A stretch of DNA of 64,000 nucleotides from Bacteriovoracia bacterium (GTDB taxonomy: Bacteria > Bdellovibrionota > UBA1018 > CAIPTA01). The stretch is taken from contig JBFWVL010000001.1 of assembly GCA_050246755.1 (NCBI GenBank), positions 1,152,001 to 1,216,000 of the forward strand, written 5' to 3'. The notes beneath the pieces are model-generated. The model worked only from the letters and a program-made list of their open reading frames with translations. It was not told where the DNA came from and did not search any database. Position numbers and translations under genes: made by a program. Below are positions 28,485 through 39,035 of the stretch, one piece after another; positions within the stretch are counted from its first letter, which is position 1, and every line of letters starts with the position of its first letter.

Positions 28485-29414
28485 ATGCTTGATTGCAAAA
28501 AAGTACGCATCATTGGTGTGCCGTCGGATCTCGGCGCCAGCCGCCGTGGCGTAGATATGGGCCCCTCGGCCCTGCGGGTGGCCAATATGGGTCCTCGACT
28601 AGCGCAACTAGGCTACGAAATTGAGGACGTGGGAAATATTCCGGTGGCGGTTCGTGAATCGATCGCGGTAGTACGCCAGAATCCCGAAAGCAAAATTTCT
28701 TACCTAAAAGAAATAGTGGACGCTTCGCGGGTGCTCAAGGAAAAAACCTACCAGGCGCTAAAGGAGGGCAAGATCCCGCTGGTCCTAGGCGGAGACCACT
28801 CTTTGGCCATCGGCTCGATTGCAGGAATTGCGAAATTTTATTCTGAAAAGAAAAAGAAAATCGGAATCATTTGGCTCGATGCCCACGGGGATATCAATAC
28901 CCCCGAAACTTCCCTTAGCGGAAATATCCACGGGATGCCCCTGGCGCACGCACTCGGCGCCGGAAATAAAGAGCTACTTTCCGTATTTGAAAATAATCCC
29001 ATGGTAGACGCGTCTAGAACCGTATTGATCGGTTTGCGTGACCTCGACCCCGCGGAGCGAAATGCCATTCGTGAGATGGGCGTGCGTGCCTTCACGATGC
29101 GCGACGTAGACGAAATGGGCATGAGAAATGTAGTACAAGAGGCTATCCGCGTGGCCACCAACGGCACGGCCGGCTTCCATCTTTCTTTCGATGTGGACTG
29201 CATGGATCCTTCGGTAGCTCCGGGTGTGGGGACCGCGGTTCGCGGTGGCATTACTTATCGAGAGGGCCACCTCGCGATGGAAATCCTGCACGATTCCGGA
29301 AAAATGCTTTCGATGGATGTAACCGAAGTAAATCCTGTGCTGGATACATCCAACCAAACCGCGGACCTCGCGGTGGAAATGGCACTCTCCGCCTTCGGTA
29401 AACGCATCCTCTAG
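28485..29414 (+). CDS. rocF: Arginase
   Basis: 'LGGDHS', 'WLDAHGDINT', 'SGNIHGMP', 'SFDVDCMDP'; start follows a GGAGA SD. Confidence 0.93.
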   Translation: MLDCKKVRIIGVPSDLGASRRGVDMGPSALRVANMGPRLAQLGYEIEDVGNIPVAVRESIAVVRQNPESKISYLKEIVDASRVLKEKTYQALKEGKIPLVLGGDHSLAIGSIAGIAKFYSEKKKKIGIIWLDAHGDINTPETSLSGNIHGMPLAHALGAGNKELLSVFENNPMVDASRTVLIGLRDLDPAERNAIREMGVRAFTMRDVDEMGMRNVVQEAIRVATNGTAGFHLSFDVDCMDPSVAPGVGTAVRGGITYREGHLAMEILHDSGKMLSMDVTEVNPVLDTSNQTADLAVEMALSAFGKRIL

Positions 29415-29497
29415 CGGCGCGTTATTGTTTATTCTTTTCGCCCCAAACTACTTTCCTGTTAGTTTTTTTCTAACGGAAAACTCGAGGGGCAAGGCGA

Positions 29498-30535
29498 ATG
29501 AATCGTCGCCAATTTATTACTCAGTCGTTCACGCTGTTTTTGGCCGGCCTATTCGCGCCCGCCAAACTACTTTCCGCCAGTTCGGCATCTAACTCCTCCA
29601 CCTTTTGCTTGGCTTTTGGATCTTGCGCTGATCAGAACATCGGTCAGCCGATCTGGGGGGCAATCGCCCGCAGCTCTCCGGACTTATTTGCCTTCCTGGG
29701 AGATAATATTTACGCCGACACTGAAGACATGAACGTGATGCAGGAAAAGTACGAGCAGTTAGCGCGAATTCCGGATTTTGCTTCGTTTCGAAAAAAAATT
29801 CCAATCGTCGCCACCTGGGATGATCACGACTTCGGGCTCAACGATGTTGGCGCGGACTATTCCCAGAAAAATACGAGCAAAAAACTTTTTTTAGATTTTT
29901 TTAGGGAACCAAAAAATTCCGTGCGCCGATTGCAAAAAGGAATTTATACCTCTTATTTCTTCGGCGCTGAAAAACAGCGCACACAATTAATTCTTTTGGA
30001 TCTTCGCTGGTTCCGCAGCGCACTGGTGCAAGGCCCGAACGGAGAATACCTGCCCAACCCCGATCGCAATGCCACCCTCCTGGGCGAAGAGCAATGGAAG
30101 TGGCTCGAAGAACAACTCAAAAAACCTGCCGATTTCCGCATCCTAGGCAGCAGCGTACAGTTTGCCTCTTCCGATCATCGTTGGGAAAAATGGGCTAATT
30201 TTCCACGAGAAAAATCGCGCTTATTGAAAATGCTCGATCGGTTGGCCGTGCGCAATTTACTGGTTATTTCCGGTGACATGCACTTTGGGGAAATCTCTCG
30301 AGACTCCACTCCGGCGGGTTACCCGCTCTACGACTTCACCTCAAGCGGCCTGAACTATGCCGAACCCTCCACGGATCCCAATGGAAAGCGCCTAGCCCTA
30401 TTCGATACCGGCCCCAATTTTGGGCTCGTAACCGTAGATTGGACGGCTACGCCCCCTTCTGTTTCAATGGAATTACGTGACGAATTGGGTGCCACCAAAA
30501 TCCGGAAGAAGTTTCTGCTTCCCTCACGCCAGTAG
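29498..30535 (+). CDS. phoD: PhoD-family alkaline phosphatase with Tat signal
   Basis: 'MNRRQFI' twin-arginine signal; 'AFGSC', 'LGDNIYAD', 'TWDDHDF', 'ISGDMH'. Confidence 0.9.
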   Translation: MNRRQFITQSFTLFLAGLFAPAKLLSASSASNSSTFCLAFGSCADQNIGQPIWGAIARSSPDLFAFLGDNIYADTEDMNVMQEKYEQLARIPDFASFRKKIPIVATWDDHDFGLNDVGADYSQKNTSKKLFLDFFREPKNSVRRLQKGIYTSYFFGAEKQRTQLILLDLRWFRSALVQGPNGEYLPNPDRNATLLGEEQWKWLEEQLKKPADFRILGSSVQFASSDHRWEKWANFPREKSRLLKMLDRLAVRNLLVISGDMHFGEISRDSTPAGYPLYDFTSSGLNYAEPSTDPNGKRLALFDTGPNFGLVTVDWTATPPSVSMELRDELGATKIRKKFLLPSRQ

Positions 30536-30544
30536 GTAAAAATT

Positions 30545-32812
30545 ATGCTGAATGCAGGAATCCTCCTCGATAGCTGGCTTCGCCGCGTAGGCGCGCTGAT
30601 AATTGTCGGCCTCGGCCTAACGATAATAATACTAAGCTTTTCCGCCCGTGAATTACGCCAGGAAGACTACCAGCGCGCGGGCAATCGGCGGCCATTCGTT
30701 ACGAAGATGCTTTATTCAGCCGCCAATTTAGAGAACTGGTTCTACGATCTGCGTACCGCTCGTTTCTACCGGCACCAGAAAATTTCGCCAAACTTGGTAA
30801 TCCTTGAATTGAAAGATAGCACCTTGGCTAAAATTGGGCGCTGGCCTTGGACTCGTACCGTGCATGCGAAAATAATTAGCAACCTCCAAAAATACGGCGC
30901 GAAGGTAGTGATGTTCGACACTCTCTTTCCCGAGCCGGAAAGCCGTCAGGCCGATCAAGCCATGTTCGATTCCATTCAGCGCTTTAGCGCGGATGGGCAG
31001 AAATCCGTGATACTGGCTTATGGCCTCGCCGACGATGAGCAACAAGCTTTAGTCCCATTTCCCGACTCCCTCCTGCTGAGCTCGGTGGTCAGCGGGACTA
31101 CCGGCATGGAACCTATGCGGGGAGCGAAGCCAATCGATAGAAATAACTTTACCGCGCCCAAATTTGCCGAGTCCGATGCAACTTTTGGATTTATTTCCAT
31201 GGATCCCGACTTTGACGGAATTTTTCGTCATGCTCAGATTATCAATGAAGTAGAAAAAAATTATCTCGCTACCCTAGGATTCATCGGATTTTCGAAATAT
31301 TTTTCCGACGGAAAAGGCAGGAAAATTACGGCGGAGCCGGCGGTAAAGGGAAATGACTATGTGATAACGATTCACGAGGGAACCCGGCAAAGATCAATTC
31401 GCTTGAACCCACATGGCGAAATAAAATTACGATTCTTCGGCGGCGTGAAAAATTTCGCCCACGTTGCCGCCGAAGATGTGATTTTAGATGCTAATCCCGG
31501 CGCCAATCAAAAAATGAAGGGAATTTTCTCGGGAAAAGCCGTTCTCTTCGGTTCATCGGCTTTCGGGGCGCACGATTTACGCCACACTCCGGTAGATAGC
31601 CAAAGCCCAGGAATGTATGTGCACGCCAATCTGTTCCATGCACTGGACCAAAATTTATTCTATCAAGAAGAAGACCTGAGCCTAGCATATTCGCTCGCCC
31701 TTTATCTTTTCGGCGTATTCCTGGTTCTGCTCCTGTTTCGCCTCCAAGAGCCTCTAGTGGAGACACTGGGGACCTCTTTTGTGGCCGCGGGCCTATACGC
31801 GACCGATTACTATTATCTTGCTCCCCATGGATACTTTATCCGTCTCTTCGCTTGCCTCTCGGGCGCTTTAGGGCTCTACGCATGGTTCACCATCCTCAAT
31901 GTGTTTAAGGAGGCGCGTGAGAAAAAGAAAATACGCGCAACCTTTACCCGCTATGTTTCCCCTAAAATTGTAAAAGAGATGCTCGCCAATCCCGAAAAGC
32001 TGAGGGTCGGAGGAGAAAAAAAAGAGCTTACGATGCTCTTTTCCGACGTCAGGGATTTTACTTCTATTTCCGAGCGCCTCGGCGCCCAGGACCTCGCGAA
32101 CTTGTTAAATACTTACATGGGGAAAATGACCGATATTCTCTTCGAGACTGACGGCACGTTGGATAAATATATCGGCGATGCCTTAGTAGGGTTCTGGGGC
32201 GCCCCGCTCGACGTGCCGGACCACGCCTATCATGGCGTACGGGGGGCCCTGCAAATGCTCGAGGCGCTTCCCGCAATTAATGATGAATTCGAAAGAAAAA
32301 AATTTCCCCGCATCAATATAGGCATCGGCCTAAATTCGGGAGAAGTATCCGTGGGAAACATGGGGTCCGATAAGATTTTCCAGTATACCGCGCTCGGCGA
32401 TTCCATGAATCTAGCCTCTCGGCTGGAAAGCCTAACGAAATTTTACGGCGTGAACCTGATGATCAGCGAGTTTACCTACGCCAAAATTGGCCACAAAAAA
32501 GCCCAGTTCTGCATTCGCCCGCTGGATCTAGTTCAGGTGAAAGGTAAATCGGAAGCCGTAAAAATCTATGAAATAATCCCAAGCTGGAACCCCTGGGCGA
32601 AGCAAAAAGAAGCACTCGAGAAATTTATTGGGGCTTACGAAGAATATTTTCTCCGCCGTCGTTTTTCGGAAGCAGAGAAAATATTCAGCGAAGTTTTACG
32701 CGTGATTCCCGACGACAAAACCACGATTAAGCTTCACCAGGCTTGCCGGGAATTCGGTCAGATGCCACCGCCCGAATCCTGGAACGGGGTCACCGTCTTC
32801 ACTGCGAAATAG
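30545..32812 (+). CDS. CHASE2-domain adenylate cyclase
   Basis: CHASE2 'GRWPWTR', 'DPDFDGIFR', 'PGMYVHAN'; 3 TM; cyclase 'FSDVRDFT', 'DKYIGDA', 'YTALGDSMNLASRLE'. Confidence 0.93.
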   Translation: MLNAGILLDSWLRRVGALIIVGLGLTIIILSFSARELRQEDYQRAGNRRPFVTKMLYSAANLENWFYDLRTARFYRHQKISPNLVILELKDSTLAKIGRWPWTRTVHAKIISNLQKYGAKVVMFDTLFPEPESRQADQAMFDSIQRFSADGQKSVILAYGLADDEQQALVPFPDSLLLSSVVSGTTGMEPMRGAKPIDRNNFTAPKFAESDATFGFISMDPDFDGIFRHAQIINEVEKNYLATLGFIGFSKYFSDGKGRKITAEPAVKGNDYVITIHEGTRQRSIRLNPHGEIKLRFFGGVKNFAHVAAEDVILDANPGANQKMKGIFSGKAVLFGSSAFGAHDLRHTPVDSQSPGMYVHANLFHALDQNLFYQEEDLSLAYSLALYLFGVFLVLLLFRLQEPLVETLGTSFVAAGLYATDYYYLAPHGYFIRLFACLSGALGLYAWFTILNVFKEAREKKKIRATFTRYVSPKIVKEMLANPEKLRVGGEKKELTMLFSDVRDFTSISERLGAQDLANLLNTYMGKMTDILFETDGTLDKYIGDALVGFWGAPLDVPDHAYHGVRGALQMLEALPAINDEFERKKFPRINIGIGLNSGEVSVGNMGSDKIFQYTALGDSMNLASRLESLTKFYGVNLMISEFTYAKIGHKKAQFCIRPLDLVQVKGKSEAVKIYEIIPSWNPWAKQKEALEKFIGAYEEYFLRRRFSEAEKIFSEVLRVIPDDKTTIKLHQACREFGQMPPPESWNGVTVFTAK

Positions 32813-32844
32813 CAAACAACGATCAAAAATGTCGCGTTTGTAGT

Positions 32845-32860
32845 TGGTCCACTGCTTGCA
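32845..32860 (+). promoter_or_regulatory. Possible sigma54 promoter
   Basis: TGGTCCACTGCTTGCA gives GG-N10-GC spacing upstream of the Cys-rich gene. Confidence 0.45.
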
Positions 32861-32893
32861 AATACTCTTAGAAGTTCTTTCCCGGGAGGAAAA

Positions 32894-33253
32894 ATGGCCC
32901 TAAGAGAGATTAGAATGACCCGTTCCCACGACTACGCTAAGAAGTGTTTAGAGTGCAGCGTAACTTGCCTTGAAACCTTGCAGTATTGCGTAAAAATGGA
33001 AGAATCTCATCGTGATCCCGCTCATCTGCAGCTTCTGCGCGATTGCGCCGAACTATGCGTAACTACCGCGAATTTTCTGGCCACTGATTCCTATTACCGC
33101 ACCGAGCTGGCGATGATTTGCGCCGAAATTTGCGATGCTTGCGCCCTTGATTGTGAACAATTTGAGAACGACGAACAAATGCGCCTTTGTGCCGAAATCT
33201 GCCAAACCTGCGCCATCACTTGCCGGAGGGTCACGATTGAACTCGCAGCTTGA
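32894..33253 (+). CDS. Cys-rich four-helix-bundle copper-binding protein (DUF326/Csp3-like)
   Basis: 14 Cys in CxxxC/CxxC repeats ('CAEICDACALDC', 'CAEICQTCAITC'); no signal peptide; GGAGG SD. Confidence 0.85.
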   Translation: MALREIRMTRSHDYAKKCLECSVTCLETLQYCVKMEESHRDPAHLQLLRDCAELCVTTANFLATDSYYRTELAMICAEICDACALDCEQFENDEQMRLCAEICQTCAITCRRVTIELAA

Positions 33254-33289
33254 GGCATAATTCACCGAACGTTCATCCAGGAGGTCTTT

Positions 33290-33706
33290 ATGGAGCCCGC
33301 TAGAAATAGAATATCTTCACCGCCGGAAGGTTATTCGCCCGCCACCCGCTTGCATGCCGTGGTCCCAGCCGCCAAAAACCAGAATACGAATATTGCCATT
33401 GGCGCATTATGGATGATCGGTGTCACGCTCGCGCTTTTCTTCCTCCCAATTCTCAACGGCCTGATCGGTGGTCTTGTTGGAGGATATAAAGTGGGCTCGC
33501 TGAAGCGTGCCTTGGCTGCCGCCGTGCTTCCCGCCGTAGTAGCAGCCGCGGGTCTTTGGGTAATTTTCGCGGTGCTGGGCGCCCCAATATTCGGCGTGCT
33601 GGCAAGCGCAGGAGTGGCCGTGATGATCGGCCTTTCGGAAATTGGAATTTTTCTGGGGGCCACACTCGGTGGCTATGCCGCAGAGAGGCCACGCAGCTCT
33701 GATTAA
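33290..33706 (+). CDS. Small integral membrane protein
   Basis: 3-4 Gly-rich hydrophobic helices; AGGAGG SD. Confidence 0.7.
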   Translation: MEPARNRISSPPEGYSPATRLHAVVPAAKNQNTNIAIGALWMIGVTLALFFLPILNGLIGGLVGGYKVGSLKRALAAAVLPAVVAAAGLWVIFAVLGAPIFGVLASAGVAVMIGLSEIGIFLGATLGGYAAERPRSSD

Positions 33707-33730
33707 TGGGAACTGGGATATAGATAAAAG

Positions 33731-33771
33731 AAAAAACGCGTAAAGGTGGATTCACCATTACGCGTTTTTTT
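33731..33771. terminator. Bidirectional intrinsic terminator
   Basis: AAAAAACGCGTAA-aggtggattcacca-TTACGCGTTTTTT between convergent genes. Confidence 0.85.
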
Positions 33772-33784
33772 GAACCTCAGTTCG

Positions 33785-35428
33785 CTAGGGCACTCGGCAA
33801 AGAAGTACTTCTTGGGCCGCCATCACTTGGTAATCGGCGGTCTCGGAATTTTCGCTCGCTTTAGCATAAGTCTTCTTGGCTAAATTACCCGAAGAAACGC
33901 AGTTTTCTAGACGCTTCATTTCTTCTACTCGAGGCTGTACCCAAGCGGGCCCAACCGCTGACAGCGCGTTTGGAAGGAGTTCCGCCTCACGCTGGGCAAA
34001 ACGCTCCTCTTCGGTGGCATTAGGCTTCATGGGAACTGTGAGATCGGGAATGATTCCGACGATTTGGTTCGTACGTCCCGAAGGCTGGTAGAAGCGCTGG
34101 ATCGTATGGAAAAACATGATTCGGGGATTGCCTAGGAAGGCGTCGGGCGACTGCACCGTGGCCTTACCGAAGGAGCGTTCTCCCAAAACCCATGCGCGCT
34201 TATAATCCTGCAGCGCGCCCGAAAGAATTTCCGAAGCACTGGCCGATCCCGCGTCGATCAAAATCGCGAGAGGGAGACGGGTGATTTGATCTTTTTCGGA
34301 ACTTAGATCTTGAAACGTTTCACTCCGTAAATCTTTTACTTTCGTAATAACCTGACGTCCCACAAATAAGCCGCCGATACAAAGGGCTTGGTCGAGCAAG
34401 CCTCCGCCATTACCACGCAGGTCGAGCACGAGTCCTTTCACTTTTTGCTCTTCGAATCGCTTTACCAAACCTTCAATTTTTTCGCAGGCATGGTTATCCA
34501 TGAAATTGCGCAAGCGGATATAACCGTAATTTTCGCCAAGTTCGTTACGCGTTTCTGCGATCACGTTTTCTAGGACGATGCGTGCGCGGGAAATCGATAT
34601 TTCTAATATTTTTCCTCTGCGCAAAACCTTCAGCGCCACATTCGTTCCGGCGGTTCCGCGAATTCTCTTTACCGCCTGATCTACCGACATTCCATCAGTG
34701 GGCGTTTCGTCGATCGAAGCGATAATATCGTTAGGAAGAATTCCGGCTTTCTTGGCGGGGCCGCCATCGGTTGGTGCCTGAATAATTATACGGCCATTCA
34801 GCTCCTGCAGAGTGGCGCCGATCCCGACGAAATCCTCGGTGGCATCATTCAGAGAATCACTCACTTCGGCGCGCGCATCTAGGTGGGCGTGAGCATCTTC
34901 GGATGCGTTTAGCAGAGCCGTGATGGCTTTCGCGGCCACCATGCTATCGTCCGCTTTGTCTTTTACGGAGCGCTCCAGTACGTGACTAAACATGAGCTCG
35001 AAGTCGGCATTCGTGCCGCTTTCTACGATCGCCTGAAGAGCATTCTTCAGCTTCTCGCGACGAGTACTTTCTTTTTTCCATTCTGCCATCGCAGAAGGTT
35101 CATTGCCGGCTTTAGCCCGGGAAGCCAGTACGAAATTAGGAAAAATTCGGAAGGGCATGCCCCCTACGAAAGTAGGGTCACCCGAAAGCGACTGAGGAAC
35201 CAGTTCGATGGGAGGGTTGGCCCTTGCGCCCACGGAGTTAATTGCTGCCACGCAGCCCTGGAGCTGATTGATCGTGGATACACAGTTATCGTGGGCCAAA
35301 AATTTTAACTTCAGCATGATTTCGGTGGTGAGGCCGGTTTCCTGCCAATATTCTTGGGAAGTTTTCTTAGCGGCAAAAGCGGTAGGAAGAGAAAGGGCCA
35401 AGGCTAGAGACAACGGCAGGAGCTTCAT
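33785..35428 (-). CDS. S41 carboxy-terminal processing protease (PDZ plus Ser/Lys dyad)
   Basis: Signal peptide; 'FVGIGATL', 'LDLRGNGGGLL', 'SASASEI', 'SFGKATVQ'. Confidence 0.93.
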   Translation of the reverse strand: MKLLPLSLALALSLPTAFAAKKTSQEYWQETGLTTEIMLKLKFLAHDNCVSTINQLQGCVAAINSVGARANPPIELVPQSLSGDPTFVGGMPFRIFPNFVLASRAKAGNEPSAMAEWKKESTRREKLKNALQAIVESGTNADFELMFSHVLERSVKDKADDSMVAAKAITALLNASEDAHAHLDARAEVSDSLNDATEDFVGIGATLQELNGRIIIQAPTDGGPAKKAGILPNDIIASIDETPTDGMSVDQAVKRIRGTAGTNVALKVLRRGKILEISISRARIVLENVIAETRNELGENYGYIRLRNFMDNHACEKIEGLVKRFEEQKVKGLVLDLRGNGGGLLDQALCIGGLFVGRQVITKVKDLRSETFQDLSSEKDQITRLPLAILIDAGSASASEILSGALQDYKRAWVLGERSFGKATVQSPDAFLGNPRIMFFHTIQRFYQPSGRTNQIVGIIPDLTVPMKPNATEEERFAQREAELLPNALSAVGPAWVQPRVEEMKRLENCVSSGNLAKKTYAKASENSETADYQVMAAQEVLLCRVP

Positions 35429-35570
35429 ACAAACCTCGATTCGTTCAGTGACAAACGTGGCGAGACTATACTTAAGTTGACTCATTTAGTCAAGAATAGA
35501 GGGCCCGCATTTCAGGAAATTTAATTCAGTAATATTATGTGGTTATACTCAAAACGAAAGTATTGAGGGC

Positions 35571-35798
35571 TTACTCGTCGATCCAAGCCCAGCGATAGTT
35601 TAGGAATACCAATACGCAGCCAATAAGCCAGTTCAGCCAGGGATTCGTTACGAATAAACCATACGCCATAAGGACAATCCCCAACAAAAGGCGTTTCCCA
35701 TTTTGGTCATTCCGCCCCCACTTAAAAATATAAAATCCATACACCCCGAAAATGAAACCAGAGATCAGAATGGAAATAGAGAGATTCTTAAAGTCCAC
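35571..35798 (-). CDS. Small membrane hypothetical protein
   Basis: About 75 aa with 3 hydrophobic segments; probable GTG start overlapping the end of xdhC. Confidence 0.6.
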   Translation of the reverse strand: MDFKNLSISILISGFIFGVYGFYIFKWGRNDQNGKRLLLGIVLMAYGLFVTNPWLNWLIGCVLVFLNYRWAWIDE

Positions 35799-36600
35799 TT
35801 TTGGCCGCCGACTTTCTCGAAAATAATCGTTCCCGATCGCGCGTTTGCAGCAGCTCCGCCGCAATGCTTACCGCGATTTCGGCGGGATGATTCGTACCGA
35901 ACGACAACCCAATGGGACAACGAAGTTTTTCGATCGCGGCCGCGGAAATTCCTCGTGCGACTAAATCATTGCGCAGCTTCAACCCCTTAGTGTCGCTGCC
36001 GATCGCGCCCACGTAGGGCGCGTTAGGCCTTTCGCGGAAAATGGCCTCCAGCACGGGAAGATCATGGGCATGGCCCTGCGAAACACAGACGAAATAAGCA
36101 TCTCCAGGAAAAGACGCCACTAAGCTCGCAGGCTCGGGGTGGCAGATGCCGTGAAAATTCTGGGCCTTGGGGAAGCGCGCAACCCAGTCCTCGCGAGGAT
36201 CGACGCAAGTGATTATGCAAGGAAGGGTTTGTAGCAAAGGAACCAACGCCTGGGACACGTGACCAGCGCCGAAAATTGCAAGGCGCCATGAGGTGGAGAA
36301 TTTTTCAAAAAGATAGGTTACTTCGCCTCCGCAGGTCATGCCCACGTCTCGCTGAAGATTCCAAGTAACCACTTCCGGAGGCTTTGCCTCTGCCGCCACC
36401 ACCAACTCCAGCGAATGGCGAATGGCGCGGGCCTCTACCTTTCCGCCCCCCACCGTTCCCCAATGAAGTCCTTCGGAAGTCACAATTACTTTGGCGCCCC
36501 GATCTTGTGGAACATGTCCGCGGGAATTGAGAAGCGTAACCACCACGAAAGCCACTCCGCTTCTCTCTAATTCCCCCGCCACCTCCCAGAATTGCTTCAT
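35788..36600 (-). CDS. xdhC: Xanthine dehydrogenase accessory protein XdhC
   Basis: 'GTVGGGKVE', 'GMTCGG', 'IFGAGHVSQAL', 'CPIG...PAEIAVSIAAELL'; ATGA overlap with xdhB. Confidence 0.93.
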   Translation of the reverse strand: MKQFWEVAGELERSGVAFVVVTLLNSRGHVPQDRGAKVIVTSEGLHWGTVGGGKVEARAIRHSLELVVAAEAKPPEVVTWNLQRDVGMTCGGEVTYLFEKFSTSWRLAIFGAGHVSQALVPLLQTLPCIITCVDPREDWVARFPKAQNFHGICHPEPASLVASFPGDAYFVCVSQGHAHDLPVLEAIFRERPNAPYVGAIGSDTKGLKLRNDLVARGISAAAIEKLRCPIGLSFGTNHPAEIAVSIAAELLQTRDRERLFSRKSAAKSGL

Positions 36601-39035
36601 CGCCTGGCCTCTAAGTGGGCGAAGCGCTCCACATAGAGAGCTCGCAATACTTCTTCCTGCGTGGCGGGAATCTTCATTACCGGGAGTGTTCTCCGGAAGC
36701 GGGGAAGCTGCTTGAACGCGTCGTGTACCGCGGTCCACACGCTCAACGCCAGCAAAAGCGGCGGCTCTCCGGCCGCTTTCGTGCCACGGACGTTCGGAAA
36801 ATTCTCTTCGTTGTGAATGAGTTTTGTGTGGAATATACGCGGAGTATCCTGAATGCTCGGAATCTTATAGGTACTGGGCGAATGAGAAAGTAGTTTTCCC
36901 TCAGGGGAATAGAATAGGTTCTCGGTAGTAACCCAGCCCATTCCCTGAATGAATCCCCCGGTAACCTGCCCTATGTCTAAAGCCTCATTTACTGGCCGAC
37001 CAAGGTCCATGAGAATATCTACGCGGCTTACCTTCACTTCTCCGGTATCACGGTCCACCAAAACCTCAGAAGCCGCCACACCCTGCGTGAAATATAGGAA
37101 AGCATCCCCTTGCCCCGTGAGCTTATTGAATGCGATACCGGAAAATTTATAGAAGGCATAATCCGAAAGAGAAATACGGTGATGATAGGCTTCGTTTACC
37201 AGTGCGGCGAAGGTAAGCTTATTGCCCTTTCCATCGGCCGCGCGCACTTCTTCCTGCGCGAAAACGACCCCATGATAAGTGGCGGTCCCGCTTAGCCAAT
37301 CCGCATCTAAGTTAGGATTAGCGATATTGTTCCCGAGCTCCCCCACCTCGATTTCCGGCTCAGTTCCTAAACCCGCGGTATGCCTGGCCCACTTTGATTC
37401 GGGAATATGAAATAATTTTTCCGCCAATAGCGAAAGGCGGTATTTTATTTTTCGCGCCGCCAATACCGCGGCGGCCCCGTTCAAATCCGTGCCGCTCGAA
37501 GCGGCCGTGGGAGAGGTATTCGCATTCTTATCCGTTGTAGTGGCCATCACCCGCACTTGTCCGCGCGGGATGCCGAACTCTTCGGCCACCATTTGGGCGA
37601 TGCGCGCGTTCACGCCTTGCCCCATCTCAGTGGCGCCGGTAGAGACCTGCACGGTTCCATCCCGATGCACGAGAACCAGGGAATTTGCCTGATTCAGGAA
37701 GCGGGTCGTGAAAGAAATCCCAAATTTTACCGGCGTGAGCGAAAGGCCACGCAAGGGACCATTTTTCTTTCCGTTGAGAACCTGCTCGTTGTGAAGCCGA
37801 ATTTCCCTTCTTCGCGAAGCGTATTCGCAATCCTTTTCGAGCGAAGAAAAAAGCTCGGGCAGGCAATTATTTTTTATTTCTTGGCCGTAGTGGGTGGTAT
37901 TCCGCCCCCCTTCAAGGGAATAGCAATTCAGCTTACGAATCTCCAGCGCGTCTTTTCCCAGAAAATGCGCCACTTCCTCTACGACTTTTTCGATCATGGC
38001 CACACCTTTGGGCCCGCCGAAGCCGCGAAAAGCCGTATGGGGATGAAAGTTCGTCCGGCAAACCTGGCCCACCACCCGCATAGAGGGAATAAAATAGGCA
38101 TTGTCGCTATGGAGCATTGCCCTTTCCATGATCGAAGTAGAGAGATCCGCATAGGCGCCGGAATCAGAAAATAGCTGCGCGTCCAGCGCGAGCAGGCGGC
38201 CATCTTTATCGAACCCCACTTCGTAGAAAGCCTCGAAGGGATTACGCTTGCCGGTCATGATCATGTCGTCATCTTTAGTGAGCACGATCCGGGCCGGGCG
38301 ATTTAGTTTTTGCGCGGCCAGAGCGGCATACGCGGCAAACGGAGCGGCCTGCGACTCTTTCCCTCCGAATGCGCCTCCCATTCTCTTTACCACGCAAACC
38401 ACGTCTTTGGCGGTAAGGCCTAGCGCGTGAGAAGCAACGTGCTGCGTTTCCGTGGGGTGCTGAGTGGAGCTATGGATTTCGATTTGCCCATCCTCCCGGG
38501 GATACGCCACCGAAACCTGACTTTCTAAATAAAAATGGTCGGCCCCCTGAATTACCAGCTTGCCACCGAGGCGGTGCGGTGATTTTTTCATCGCCGCCTC
38601 CACGTTCCCCCTCGTAATATTTCGCTCCGAGCCTAAGAAAGATTTTTGCCTTCGCGCCTCGGAGATGCTGAGGATGGGTGCTAAATCCTGATAACGAACG
38701 GTAATCTTTTCTTTCGCGCGCCTCGCCGCCTCTTGAGTCTCTGCCGCCACAAATGCAATTGCTTCTCCAACGAACTGCACTTCGGAATCCGCAAGCAGGG
38801 GCTGATCTTTAAAAATAGTTCCCCAACGGTTTTCCGCAAAATCTCGACCGGTAAACGCCCGCACGAATCCAGGAACCTTTTCCGCCTCCGAAAATGAAAT
38901 ACTTAGGATTTTTGCGTGTGCCTTTTGGCTATAAAGCACTTCGATAAAAAGTTCGCCTTTGGTGCGGGGCCGATCGTCCACGTATTCGCTTTGGCCCGTA
39001 ACGTGAGTATGCGCGGAATCATGGGGCAGCTTCAC
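36597..39035 (-). CDS. xdhB: Xanthine dehydrogenase molybdopterin-binding subunit
   Basis: 'HDSAHTHVTG', 'RMGGAFGGKESQ', 'TAFRGFGGP', 'VKFGISFT', 'SPTAAS', 'KAAGEPPL'. Confidence 0.96.
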   Translation of the reverse strand: MKLPHDSAHTHVTGQSEYVDDRPRTKGELFIEVLYSQKAHAKILSISFSEAEKVPGFVRAFTGRDFAENRWGTIFKDQPLLADSEVQFVGEAIAFVAAETQEAARRAKEKITVRYQDLAPILSISEARRQKSFLGSERNITRGNVEAAMKKSPHRLGGKLVIQGADHFYLESQVSVAYPREDGQIEIHSSTQHPTETQHVASHALGLTAKDVVCVVKRMGGAFGGKESQAAPFAAYAALAAQKLNRPARIVLTKDDDMIMTGKRNPFEAFYEVGFDKDGRLLALDAQLFSDSGAYADLSTSIMERAMLHSDNAYFIPSMRVVGQVCRTNFHPHTAFRGFGGPKGVAMIEKVVEEVAHFLGKDALEIRKLNCYSLEGGRNTTHYGQEIKNNCLPELFSSLEKDCEYASRRREIRLHNEQVLNGKKNGPLRGLSLTPVKFGISFTTRFLNQANSLVLVHRDGTVQVSTGATEMGQGVNARIAQMVAEEFGIPRGQVRVMATTTDKNANTSPTAASSGTDLNGAAAVLAARKIKYRLSLLAEKLFHIPESKWARHTAGLGTEPEIEVGELGNNIANPNLDADWLSGTATYHGVVFAQEEVRAADGKGNKLTFAALVNEAYHHRISLSDYAFYKFSGIAFNKLTGQGDAFLYFTQGVAASEVLVDRDTGEVKVSRVDILMDLGRPVNEALDIGQVTGGFIQGMGWVTTENLFYSPEGKLLSHSPSTYKIPSIQDTPRIFHTKLIHNEENFPNVRGTKAAGEPPLLLALSVWTAVHDAFKQLPRFRRTLPVMKIPATQEEVLRALYVERFAHLEARR

